A stretch of DNA of 64,000 nt from Mytilus edulis. Its lineage: Eukaryota. Below are positions 1 to 12,300 of this stretch, one piece after another. How positions within the stretch are numbered: position 1 is the stretch's first letter; each line of letters opens with the position of its first letter. The stretch lies in NCBI RefSeq assembly GCF_963676685.1, contig NC_092346.1, positions 106,268,001 through 106,332,000 of the forward strand, read 5' to 3'. Position numbers and translations under genes: made by a program. The notes under the pieces were generated by a model. The model made no database searches and had not been told where the DNA came from. It was given only the letters and a program-made list of their open reading frames with translations.

Positions 1-130
1 ACTTTAAACGAATGGATAGGAACTGGCGTATTCCTGTCTTGTTACAAAATTTTTCTGATGTAGAAAATTGTGGATTGACCCTGGTGTAATAGCTAGCTTA
101 AGTTCTCAATTTGTATGACAGTTGCTTAAA

Positions 131-578
131 GGTTGCATTTCTGTAAATATTGACAATGCAATTTCCCATAGGAACTCCTTTTACGGCTAAAACTGTACCA
201 CTTTTACTATGAAGTTTTGAAAAAAATCTTATCCTAGAATTGAAAGTTCATATGCACCACAATTTTTTTCAAAGGTCAAAATATAGGGCTGTGCGGCATA
301 TTTTCAACGTTTATATGCCCTGAACTTCTCAAAGTTTAAACTTACACTAATTTTCTTAACTACCCCTACCTCGAATGAAAGGTTACCACAGATTTCAATG
401 TAAACAATATGCACGTGTTTATTTACTGGTAACATTCCCAAGTTCTGTCTCTGCGATATGGAACACAGAGAGCATAACTGGGAACCAGTATGTAAACAAA
501 ATTAATTTTCTATGAATATTCTATTACTCCCCAAAAAAGGCGTGTTTTGAGAAACAGCTGTATTTACAAAGTGCAACC
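131..578. mobile_element. 448-bp MITE-like element, copy 1
   Basis: Imperfect TIRs ggttgcatttctgtaaata / tatttacaaagtgcaacc; near-identical to 1814-2261. Confidence 0.75.
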
Positions 579-1813
579 TATACAGACATTTATTCAAATA
601 GAAAACTTTCTAAAATCAGTTTTTCTCACATTAATACTCATTTATCAGAATTAAAGTCTCAAAGAAATCATTGTGTATACTCTAAGTTTTTCTTTACTAT
701 ACATTTTATACCCCCTCCCCTGTTTCAATTTTTTAAAGAATTTGAAAACAAGACTTTAATTATTGCCAGCTTACCCTATTTGCATATTTTCTGATAAAAA
801 ATGCCTAGAACCTGTTAAAAACTGTTTTGATAACATATTGAAAGCATATCAGAATATCAGAAATGTAATGTTTAGCAATCAATCATTACAACATTCAAGA
901 TTATATAAAGTATCCAATCCAACCTCCATCTCCAGTCCACATCTTACTGTATGCCTATTTGTCAATTAAAGAACACATTTTCTGCCTCAAATGTTCAATT
1001 TAGAATTCTTGTCACAACAGTATCATCTGTAACCATATATCTGACACAATTTAGCTACTATATATAATAGAAGTCTTCAAACAAAGCCATATTTGCAATA
1101 GTTGTATGTATGCAGATACCAGTCTGAGATATAAATTCACTTAAAATGTTGTAAAGATGACTGCTAACATCTGATTTTTGCATAACTTCCAAGCATAGTT
1201 ATTGTTTTCTATATCAAGAACTTTAAAATCATAAAATCATAGCATTTACAAGTTAAATTATTTGTTTTATGACACAGGGGGTAGGCAATTTTCTAGGTTT
1301 TTGCCCCTGGGGCCTCAAATTTCCTAAATCATTCTGCTGTTTCTAGCAATTTGGAATATTTAGTACATATTCAGGATAGAACACACTATTGTAAGTTTTC
1401 TTGAGATATTTTTGTTTTTCTAGCTTGTATTTATTATGCCGTGGTGACAAAAATGCAGATTTAGGTGTTGCGGCTTACTTTTGGGTTATCGAAAGGACAC
1501 AAATACCCCATAAATAATATTCAGGAAGGATCTATGAGTTTCAATGACTGCGAAGAGTAAATATATGCACTTCTTAACAATTTAATTTACAAATATGCAA
1601 ATATTATGATTTAATTTTGTATCCAGGACTTTAAGTAAACTATGCATACTGTAAACTGTGAATTTATGCTGAGTCATCATATTTAAGGCCCAGGATTCTA
1701 TCAATCTTCATTAAATATTTATAAAACTTCTTATTTGAGTTAATTTCTTTAAAATCTGTGAAATAAAGCAAATTTGGTTTAATTCTGAATGTTCCCCTTT
1801 TTCACCCTATATA

Positions 1814-2261
1814 GGTTGCATTTCTGTAAATATTGACAATGCAATTTCCCATAGGAACTCCTTTTAAGGCTAAAACTGTACCACTTTTACTATGAAGTTT
1901 TGAAAAAAATCTTATCCTAGAATTGAAAGTTCATATGCACCACAATTTTTTTCAAAGGTCAAAATATAGGGCTGTGCGGCATATTTTCAACGTTTATATG
2001 CCCTGAACTTCTCAAAGTTTAAACTTACACTAATTTTCTTAACTACCCCTACCTCGAATGAAAGGTTACCACAGATTTCAATGTAAACAATATGCACGTG
2101 TTTATTTACTGGTAACATTCCCAAGTTCTGTCTCTGCGATATGGAACACAGAGAGCATAACTGGGAACCAGTATGTAAACAAAATTAATTTTCTATGAAT
2201 ATTCTATTACTCCCCAAAAAAGGCGTGTTTTGAGAAACAGCTGTATTTACAAAGTGCAACC
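1814..2261. mobile_element. 448-bp MITE-like element, copy 2 (direct orientation)
   Basis: Same TIRs; tata on both flanks; one visible mismatch to copy 1. Confidence 0.75.
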
Positions 2262-3099
2262 TATAAACGCCATTATATTGAAAACAATGTCTACACAAAA
2301 TAAACAGAAAATATAGGTAAAAATGTCAAATACAGTGCCACGTCAAATGGATATTACCAAACATAGACTAAACAGTATAAGTAATAATTTACAAAGACAA
2401 ATATGTGATCAGCCACGACATATCCAGGCTTATGGAGGTAAAACGTCATTGTGAGAAAAACGCCGTTAACTATATGTGACTAGCCACTTCCAGGCTTAGG
2501 AGGGTACATTGTCTAAAATTTGCTTTATCTAGAATATTCCGAAACAAAACTCTCTGTCATGTTATTATAGACATATTTGTTGTAATAGCAATGAAACGAG
2601 TCATTTCGAATATCGGTATGAAAATGAGACTGTTCTATGACGGCTTTTATTTATTGAAGGCACTAATTTATAAAATACAAAATTATTGTATTTATTGGCT
2701 CTTAGTAATGTTCAATAGCGTATTTGAATAAAATTTCAAAGACTTAAATTTACTACAATACAAACAATTCTTAGCTCTATTTTAGAACATGTAATTTAAA
2801 CTTGTTGAAATGAAGTTAGTTTAAAATTTGTCAAAGTAAGCTTTAAGAATTCCCTTTTTTTTTTAAATTCGTCTTTTAATTTAGATTTATCATGCATGTC
2901 TCTAAACATAGTATGCGACGCGTAAGTTTATAAGTAGGTGTTCTCATATATGCATTTGATACGGTGCATTTATTAAGGATATATTTCAGACTCCATTTAT
3001 GAAAGAAAATTTATAAAGCAGAGCATTTTTTTTTGTAGCTCTATTTTAGAACATGTAATTAAGACTTATTGAAATGAAGTTAGTTTAAAATTTATCAAA

Positions 3100-3387
3100 T
3101 AAACTCATCAAATATACCAGGACTAAATTTTGTATATACGCCAGACGCGCGTTTCGTCTACAAAAGACTCATCAGTGACGCTCGAATCCAAAAAAGTTAA
3201 AAAGGCCAAATAAAGTATGAAGTTGAAGAGCATTGAGAACCAAAATTCCTAAAAGTTTTTCCAAATTCAGCTAAGGTAATATATGCCTGAGGTAGACAAG
3301 CCTTAGTATTTAAAAAATTCAATATTTTGTTAACAGTTAATTTATAATGTAACCATATCAAATATAATTCATGTCAGCACAAAAAGT
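3100..3387 (-). mobile_element. Retrozyme-like insertion carrying a hammerhead ribozyme
   Basis: Interrupts the second copy of a local duplication (2772-3035 vs 3036-3570), which reveals the empty site. Confidence 0.75.
3138..3181 (-). ncRNA. Minimal type I hammerhead ribozyme
   Basis: gcguca-CUGAUGA-guc uuuugua gac-GAA-acgcgcgu-C^uggcgu: intact core, stems I and II, palindromic stem III, GUC cleavage site between 3144 and 3143. Confidence 0.85.
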
Positions 3388-4159
3388 AAAGTAAGCTTTA
3401 AGAATTCCTTTTTTTTTAATTTAGATTTATTATGCATGTCTCTATACTTAGTATGCGACGCGTAACAGTTTATAAGTAAGTGTTCTCTTATATGCATTAT
3501 ATACGGTGCATTTGTTAGATATATTTCAGATTTCATTTATGAAAGGAAATCTATAGAGCAGAAATTAGATTTTTTTTGTATCAATTTAAAATGTAAGATG
3601 CAAATATTTTTCACTTCAAACGATAAAGTAAAACTTCTTCAAAACTTATAAATGATGTATAGTTCGGCGTCAGCAAAAAAGAAGCCAAGGAAAGTGTTTA
3701 TTTCTTCTTCACATATACGTATTTCATTGCATCTCGATATTTATCATGTTTATAATGTTCTAGCAATGACGTTCTACCTCCATAAGCCTGCAAATGTCAT
3801 GGCGGGTCACATATAAGAACACTACAACACATAATTTAGATGATTAACAACGTCAGTACCCAGAATCTACATTTGAAGACCGTCATGCGTAATATGTGAG
3901 GTTTATACGAAATATTTATCAACAAGGTCTTGGTATCTTTTCTCGTTTTTCATTGATTCTGATACCCAGTAAAAGTATTCTATCCGAACTGATATTGTTG
4001 TGATTGACCATGCTTGCAAAATATAACTGTTTAGAAATTATGAGACTTTTTTTGGAGTTTAGTTATGCTCCTTCTTTTACCTTTGTAAAAATACATGACT
4101 TTGCTTCAATCTTTTATATACTATTATCGTAAACAAATTATAATAATTTAAATAACTAC

Positions 4160-4287
4160 CTAATGTTGAATTCATCATCCGATTTATCATTGTGGTGTTA
4201 AATTCTGGACATTTCCACTTCTCAAAGTCTGTCAGAGCCAACATAGGAACTATGTAAGCAAAAGCTGGACACTGGACTATTGGTAGT
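4160..4287 (-). CDS. SLC23 exon (LPIVQCPAFAYIVPMLAL...KWKCP...)
   Basis: RLPIVQ-x-x-x-FA motif and W-x-CP; ttttag acceptor. The donor G|gtagtt at 4159 is uncertain; an alternative AG|gtaaaa lies near 4080. The gene continues off the left edge. Confidence 0.85.
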
Positions 4288-5361
4288 CTAAAATACACAT
4301 GCCTTATTAATTATTATTACTGGACACTGGACTATTGGTAGTCTGAAATGCACATGTCTTATTAATGAGTATTACTGGACACTGGACTATTGGTAGTCTG
4401 AAATACACATGCCTTATTAATTAGTATTACTGGACACTGGACTATTGGTAGTCTGGAATAAACATGTCTTATTAATTAGTATTACTGGACACTGGACTAT
4501 TGGTAGTCTGAAATACACATGCCTTATTAATTATTATTACTGGACACTGGACTATTGGTAGTCTGAAATACACATGCCTTATTAATTATTATTACTGGAC
4601 ACTGGACTATTGGTAGTCTGAAATAAACATGTCTTATTAATTAGTATTACTGGACACTGGACTATTGGTAGTCTGAAATACACATGCCTTATTAATTATT
4701 ATTACTGGACACTGGACTATTGGTAGTCTGAAATACACACGCCTTATTAATTATTATTACTGCACACTGGACTATTGGTAGTCTGAAATACACATGCCTT
4801 ATTAATTATTATTACTGGACACTGGACTATTGGTAGTCTGAAATACACATGCCTTATTAATTATTATTACTGGACACTGGACTATTGGTAGTCTGAAATA
4901 AACATGTCTTATTAATTAGTATTACTGGACACTGGACTATTGGAAGTCTGAAATACACATGCCTTATTAAATTATTATTACTGGACACTGGACTATTACT
5001 AGTCTGAAATACACATGCCTTATTAATTACTGGACACTGGACTATTGGTAGTCTGAAATACACATGCCTTATTAATTATTATTACTGGACACTGGACTAT
5101 TGGTAGTCTGAAATACACATGCCTTATTAATTATTATTACTGGACACTGGACTGTTGGTAGTCTGAAATACACATGCTTTATTAATTATTATTACTGGAC
5201 ACTGGACTATTGGTAGTCAGAAATACACATGCCTTATTAATTATTATTACTGGACACTGGACTATTGGTAGTCTGAAATGCACATGCCTTATTAATTATT
5301 ATTACTGGACACTGGACTATTGGTAGTCTGAAATACACATGCCTTATTAATTATTATTACT
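4266..5361 (-). repeat. 55-bp minisatellite, about 20 copies: 3' splice site + first 22 nt of SLC23 exon
   Basis: Minus-strand unit gtaataataattaataaggcatgtgtatttcag|ACTACCAATAGTCCAGTGTCCA. Confidence 0.95.
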
Positions 5362-6179
5362 GTATACTCTATATTAGTCTGATGTTATACAAAAATAAAG
5401 CATGGGAAAGGGACAGTGTTTGTATTTATCATGCAACAGACAGGGAACAATACCATTATTCAATTGTTGGCAGTTATATCACTCCAATTGACTTAATTTA
5501 TTAACAGGCCTTGGTCATTTTACACATCACAAAGCCAACCTGATATAAAGAAGATAGATAGCAATTCACGTCTCATGATAAATGATCTTAGTGTCAAATA
5601 ATTATGGTTTTAACTTATAGTATATTTAATTATCAATAATTTTGTGTATTTTCAGATTATCCATATATGAGCTGTGTAGGCAAAAAGTTTCAAATTTTGC
5701 ATTGCCTTTTTTCCAAGTAATCATTGTTACCGGAAACAACTCGTGTATCTAGTTTTCAACATTTCAAGTCATATAGGTCTAGAAAGGTGGCACCAGGTAA
5801 TTATTAAACTATGCCGTTATCGATAATTTATTTTTCATCTTATCAAGGCCTTTTTCTATAAGCTAAACATAAAAACACCGTAATTCCAAAACAATGAAAT
5901 TCTGAAAATGATTTGATTGCCACGAGTCATACCCGTTTAACAGTTGTAGTGACTAACTTCTCGAACTAGGGCTTTTTATGACTAGTTAACATGGTATCAT
6001 GTTTTATGTACGTCAATGTATTTTCCTTGTCTCTTGTAATGTACATTATTACCAACATGGCGTTGTCTGTTTATTTTCGATTTTTTGACTGTCCCTCGGG
6101 TATCGTTCGTCCCTCTTTTATAGAGTAGTTGATAAATCATGTTACAAATGAGGATAACAATTGATCTTTATATATAAAA

Positions 6180-6355
6180 AAGAAGATGTGGTTTGATTGC
6201 CAATGGGACAACTATCCAAAAGAGACCAAAATGACACAGACATTAACAATTATAGGTCACCGTACGGCCTTCAACAATGAGCAAAGCCCATACCGCATAG
6301 TCAACTATAAAAGGCCCCGATATGACAATGTAAAACAACTCAAACGAGAAAACTA
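6180..6355 (+). mobile_element. Abundant SINE-like repeat (other copies near 17500-17705, 26155-26290, 29600-29805 and 48380-48690)
   Basis: Shared aagatgtggt...gccaatgagacaactctc and aggtcaccgtacggccttcaac motifs in both orientations. Confidence 0.6.
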
Positions 6356-6991
6356 ATGTCTTAATGAATGAAAACGAATAATCATTCATAAAATGTACAA
6401 ACTTATCTTTGTTTATCGGAGTGGATAAGCATCCTAACAGTATTCAACAACATAGAGACATTCGCTTGTATTGGGTGGGAAAGAGAAAAGTTGCAGACTA
6501 GGTTTTTTTTTATTAATGTTTCATATAATGTCTACACAGTCTTTCAACTTCAATCTTTTTAAAATAATACAACCTAACAAGTATGATAAAAGTAATAGTA
6601 GTAAATAGTCATACATTGATTTAACTGAAACAAATCCGGGTCACAAACCAACCGAGGGAAACACATCAAGTGTAAGAGGAAAACAACGGAACTAAAGTAA
6701 CACTAAACTGCAACAAAAACAAACTCCAATAAACATAGAAACGGACTATTTGATAGCAACTGTTATATTTCTGAATTGGTACAGGACATTGAAAGAAAAT
6801 GGTTGGTAGAACCTGGTTTTATGGCTAGCCACCCCTCCCGTCGATATGGCAATGTCAAAAATACCGCTAAAATGACAACTTCAGTAAGCCAACTGTTTGT
6901 TTCATTCCTGTAACTTATGAAAGAAATTACATTTGAACTACAGAGAATATAATGGTAATTGGTTATTGTGTGGTGGATTATAATTGTTTAC

Positions 6992-7149
6992 CTGACTCCT
7001 ATAAATGTCTGTATAACGGTACATATCCCACAGGCAAACAGCATGTTACCCAGAATCATTGATGTCACCTCTACGTCACCTTTGGCACAAATTATAGTTG
7101 CCACAAGAACAGGGGTGGCAAGGTTAGAACTCAATAACATCAGGTAATG
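6992..7149 (-). CDS. SLC23 exon (HYLMLLSSNLATPVLVATIICA...CGICTVIQTFIGV-R)
   Basis: Completes QHYL; the G-I-x-T-x-I-Q-T-x-x-G-x-R-L-P motif spans the next junction; 158 nt, phase 2. Confidence 0.9.
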
Positions 7150-7658
7150 CTACAAACAGTTTAATATTTAATAATCAAATGGTTCATGAAGTAACGCCGG
7201 ACCAACGGACAATTTCTATAATGAATAGAATAACAATTAGGAAAACAAATCCGTAGATAAAAAAAACGTACAGTAGTATATGCTGTTCGAAATTCATAAA
7301 TCGATTGAAAAAAAACAAATCCGGGTTACAAACTAAAACTGTGGGAAACACATCAAATATAAGAGGAGAACTACGACACAACAGAAACATAACTTTAAAA
7401 TGTTACACACACAGAAACGAACTATAATATAACAATGGCCATTTTCCTGACTTGGTACAGGACATTTAAAACAAAATGGTTGGTTGAACCTGGTTTTGTG
7501 ACATGCCAAACCTCCCCCGCTTGTATGGCAATGTAAAATGTAACATTAAAATGACAACATTACATGACAGGACTACAATACAAATAAATGGAACAACATA
7601 TAGGACAGAGAAACACACGAATAATAGCTAACAAAAGGTATCAGGTTTAAAATTTAAT

Positions 7659-7702
7659 ACGTCAGACACGCGTTTCGTCCACACAAGACCAACCAGTGAC
7701 GC
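7659..7702 (-). ncRNA. Degenerate hammerhead copy (core mutated to CUGGUUG)
   Basis: Homologous to 3138-3181; lies inside a repeat at about 7240-7705. Confidence 0.6.
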
Positions 7703-7869
7703 TCAATGAAAAAGTATATAAAACCAATTTCATTTTGTATCATGTAGTTGTGTGGAAAAAGAGTTCTTCTTATTTTATTTTAATCATTTGTTGTAGATTC
7801 TTTTCATATCAATCAAGAACCTTAAGGTAAATGAATTAATGACACAGAATGCTATAATTACAGTAACAA

Positions 7870-8862
7870 ATCCACGTTGGAGAGTCCACATTACCTGTCA
7901 GGTTGGGGTACTACAGTTTACATTACCTATACAGCTTGAAGTACTGACGTGATTCACAGTTGAGAGTCCACATTACCTGTAAAGCTAGTATTACTGTAGT
8001 AATCCGTGGTAGGCATACCACGTCACCTGTAAAGCTAGTAGTACTGTAGTAATCCGTGGTAGGCAGACCATATTACATGTAAAGCTTGTATTACTGTAGT
8101 AATTCGTGGAAGGCAGACCAAATTACCTGTAAAGCTAGTAGTACTGTAGTAATCCGTGGTAGGCAGACCATATTACATATAAAGCTTGAAGTAATGTAGT
8201 AATTCGCGATGGGGTGTCCATATTACATGTAAAGCTTGAAGTACTGAAGTGATCCGCGGTGGTGTGTCCATATTACATGCAAAGCTTGAAGTACTGAAGT
8301 GATCCGTGGTGGGGTGTTCATATTACATGTATAGCATGAGGTACTGTAGTAATCCACGGTGGGGTGTTCATATTACATGTAAAGCTTGAAATACTGTAAT
8401 AATCCCCGGTGGGGGTCCATATTATATGTAAAGTTTGAATTACTGTAGTGATCCGCGATGGGGTGTCCATATTACCTGTAAAGCTTGAAGTACTGTAGGA
8501 ATCCACGATGGGGTGTCCATATTACATGTGAAGCTTGAAGTACTGTAGTGAACCACGATGGGGAGTCTGCATTACCCGTAAAGCTAGAAGTACTGTAGCG
8601 ATTCACAGTAGATAGTCTGCATTACCTGTAGAACTGGTAGTACTGTAGTTATATACGATAGAGATTCCACATTACCAATAGAACTAGTAGTATGGTAGCT
8701 ATCCACAGAATGGAGTCAACATTACCTATAAAACTGGTAGTATGGTAGTTATCCATGGTAGGGAGAACACATAACCTTGAGAACTAGTAGTATTTTAGAT
8801 TTACACGATAAGGAGTCAACATTACCTGTACAGCTAGTAGTATAGTAGTTATCCACGGTGGG
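7870..8862 (-). repeat. Diverged ~50-bp minisatellite, about 20 copies: SLC23 exon end + donor
   Basis: Units resemble CCCACCGTGGATAACTACTATACTACTAGCTGTACAG|gtaatgttgac. Confidence 0.88.
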
Positions 8863-8912
8863 TTATCATCAACCTTATACTGTAAACCACGCAGTACTCC
8901 AGATGTTTTCAT
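8826..8912 (-). CDS. SLC23 family nucleobase/ascorbate transporter, probable first coding exon (MKTSGVLRGLQYKVDDNPPWITTILLAVQ)
   Basis: Y-x-V-D-D-x-P-P-W motif, and the Q of the NAT-family QH motif; tttag acceptor; CAG|gtaatg donor. Confidence 0.85.
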
Positions 8913-9331
8913 CTAAAAAAAAACAAATGTTGAAAAGCCAAAAAATATGTTAAAACGCTAATGTAGTACCCTACTAGCGGTGTTGGCTGTCAAATTCATG
9001 TTCACCGATTTCACTCAAACTCTCATATTTGATTTTTTTTTTCTCTGATGTGTCGTAGTTCTCATATATTTGATACGTTTCTATCAGTTTTAGATTGTAA
9101 CCCGGATTTGTTTTCTCTCTATCGATTTATGAATTTTGAACAGCGGTATACTACTGTTGCCTTTATATATCATAGTAAAAAGTATATCCGATTAATTAAA
9201 AGTATAAAATAAACAATTTACAAAGCATTGGCACTATTAAATGTAGCATAATTTCGTGTGATTTTTTTTTTTTTTTTTGTCTAGATGCCATTCAACCAAA
9301 TTATGTTACCCCATATTGTGCAGCAGAAGTT

Positions 9332-12300
9332 TTTTTTTTTTTTTTTTTTAAATTGATACTTGTTTATTCCAAATATTTCCTGTTTACAATTTCCTCAGTT
9401 GCCCAGGATGCAAACTGTGGATTCCCGTTTACATTTAAGCCAACTGTCCGGGAAGCAGGAGGTTGAAAAATGTGCACTATATTATCCGAAAAAAATAGTA
9501 TACATGTAATAATACTTATATTCTTTTATATGACAATGAGTGAAAAAGGAATATCTTTATAGAATGTACTACTAGTGGTAAATAATATAACATTATAAAA
9601 ACATAAACGAGTGCACCTATAAACCAGATTCACATAATATTTTAACATAATCGAGTGCATCTTTAAACCATGGATTACCGTAATCAATATAAATTAAAGA
9701 GATATAAAAAAAACAGACAACATGACTGCTATCTCCTGCAAGGTATGTACTTATAGTATGAAATTAATTAATGTGTTTATTTTCTCTTTGTCTAATGTAT
9801 TAATTGATAAGTAACAGGGTACAGATTTCAGATGTGTTACCATGTATGATTTCCAAAGATTTAAAATATATGTCGAGGACATTTTTATCCCATCATATTT
9901 AATTTTGTTTCTTATTTTCCACACGGACCATTTTGTCAAAATAAAAAATAGATTTACAAGTAAATTTTGGTTCGAGTGACCACTGCTATCTCCCAAAAGC
10001 ATAAACTGTTTTAAATTATCATCATCTAATTGAATATTCCATAATGTAAAAATATCTTTGATTTTACTAATGATTAATTTTGTTGTATTGCAATCGAAAA
10101 ATAAATGTTGCAGATTTTCAGTATTATTTACAGTTTGGCAAATATGACATTTTCCGTTTGACAATTGCATTTTTTTAAGTCTACTTTCCGTATATATGAT
10201 ATTGTGAATGCATTTCCATTGAAATTCTTTTATTTTATTGGTGATTTTAACTTTTTTCAAATTGCCCCATACTATTTTCCAATTAATTTCGTGGCCATAA
10301 AATTCTTGCCATTTAAGTTGACATTTTGGATATATATTCTTATTAATCATGTCTCGAATATATTTTAGTTTTAATTCTTTTGGTTTGATTGTTTTCCCAG
10401 ATCTGTCTAATATAACCATTTCATTAGAAAGTTTCATTTCTATGTTTGGTTTCTTATTAATTTCATTATCAATTTCTAATATTTGTAAGAAGTCAATTGG
10501 TATTGCACTTTTAATTCTTGAAAATTCCGATATGCAGTTTCTTTTATCTACAAGTTTTTCAAATATAGAACAACAACTGTTAAATTTGTTGGTTTCTACA
10601 TTCCATATGTCTTTGATATATTTCATGTTACTATTTAGAAAGGAAGAAAAAAACAATGGATTATTTTGAAATGAAATTTTTGAATTACCAAATAGTCTCA
10701 TATTAAGTACCTCGTTCTTAGTTTTGGGATTATCTCCAATTTTTAGAAAATTAGACCATGTAAAAATCATTTTCTGATAAAATAAAGGAATATTTTTAAT
10801 ATTTAGTCCTTTAATATTTGAACATTTACATAAAAAATACTGATCATTATACTTGTTGTCAAAGTGTCGAAGCCAATACTTGCCAATCGCATTCCAGCTT
10901 TCTAATGGTTCATGGAGAATGCGATAAAGAGACTTTATTTGTTTACTTCTAATGAATAAGTCTATACTAATCATGCCCATTCCGCCCTTTGTTATATCAA
11001 GACAACAAACCTGTCTTTCTATTTGGTTAACTTTCCCATCCCATATAAAATTCCAAATAATATTGTTTATTTCTTTTGAATATTTTTCAAGAATTCCCCG
11101 CATTTCAATTTCATAACTACACATGGGCAATATGAAATTTTTTACAATTAAGGTTTTACCACTAAATGAAAGTTTCCTGCTTTTCCAAACGTGGACACAG
11201 TTTTTAATCTTTTCTATTATACTTTGCCATATAGCATCATTATCAATTTCATATCCGTGATTTACTCCGAGGGTTTTTACACTACCTGTGATCCATTTAA
11301 TTTTATTAAATTTTAGTTTTTTCCTTTTAAGAGATCCTATAAGTAAACCTTTGGTTTTATCAAAATTAATTTTAGATCCCGAAGCTTTTTCGTATAGCGT
11401 TAGGACATCAAAAGATTTTTCTACTGATTTCTCATTTTTGTTAAAAAGCTGAGTGTCATCAGCAAACATGCATAATTTAGTTTCTATACTTTTACCCCCC
11501 TCACCAGGTATTTGAATCCCTTCAATTTCCTTGTTACCTCGTATTGCACATGCCATTGGTTCCGCTTGCAAAATATATATAAGGGGTGCTATTGGACAGC
11601 CCTGTCTGGCCGAACGTGTTATCGAAAAATATTTTGAAACATGTCCATTTGTTTTTATACAAGTAATAGCATCATAGAGTAACATTTTTATCCATTGTCT
11701 AAATTTCCCCCCAAAATTAAACTTTTCTAATACAAAATCCACCCATTCCCATTCAACTCTATCAAAAGCTTTTTGTTGATCAAGAAATATTATTATTCCA
11801 TCTTCATCTTCGTTGTCAATATAGTCTATTATATCTTGAATTAATCTGTTAGCATCACTAATGTTTCTTCCTTTTACAAACCCTTTTTGATCTGAATGTA
11901 TTATTTTTGGTAAGACTTTTTTCAGTCTCATTGCAAGAAGTTTTGCTATGATTTTGTAATCGGTGTTAAGTAATGTAAGAGGTCTCCAATTTTTAATATT
12001 TTCCCTTTCACCACCCTTATGTAATAACGTAAGAACCCCTTTATGTTGTGATTTACTTAAGACATTTTTATCAAATATTTCTTGAAGGAGTGTGAAAAAA
12101 TCATTTTTTATTATATCCCAATACAGTATGTAAAATTCAGATATAATGCCATCCTCACCTGGTGATTTGTTAGTCTTGAGATCTTTGAGCACTTTTTCTA
12201 ATTCTTCCATATTTATATTACTATCAAGCATCTCCTTATCGTCCGAACTTACCTTATTTTCAATAAATTGGCAAAGCTTTTCACCGCTATTTTTGTCCCA

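Noticed and set aside
131-2261. LTR retrotransposon or TRIM
   Set aside because: Repeats lack TG...CA ends, no clear PBS or PPT, and each has its own TIRs; not fully excluded
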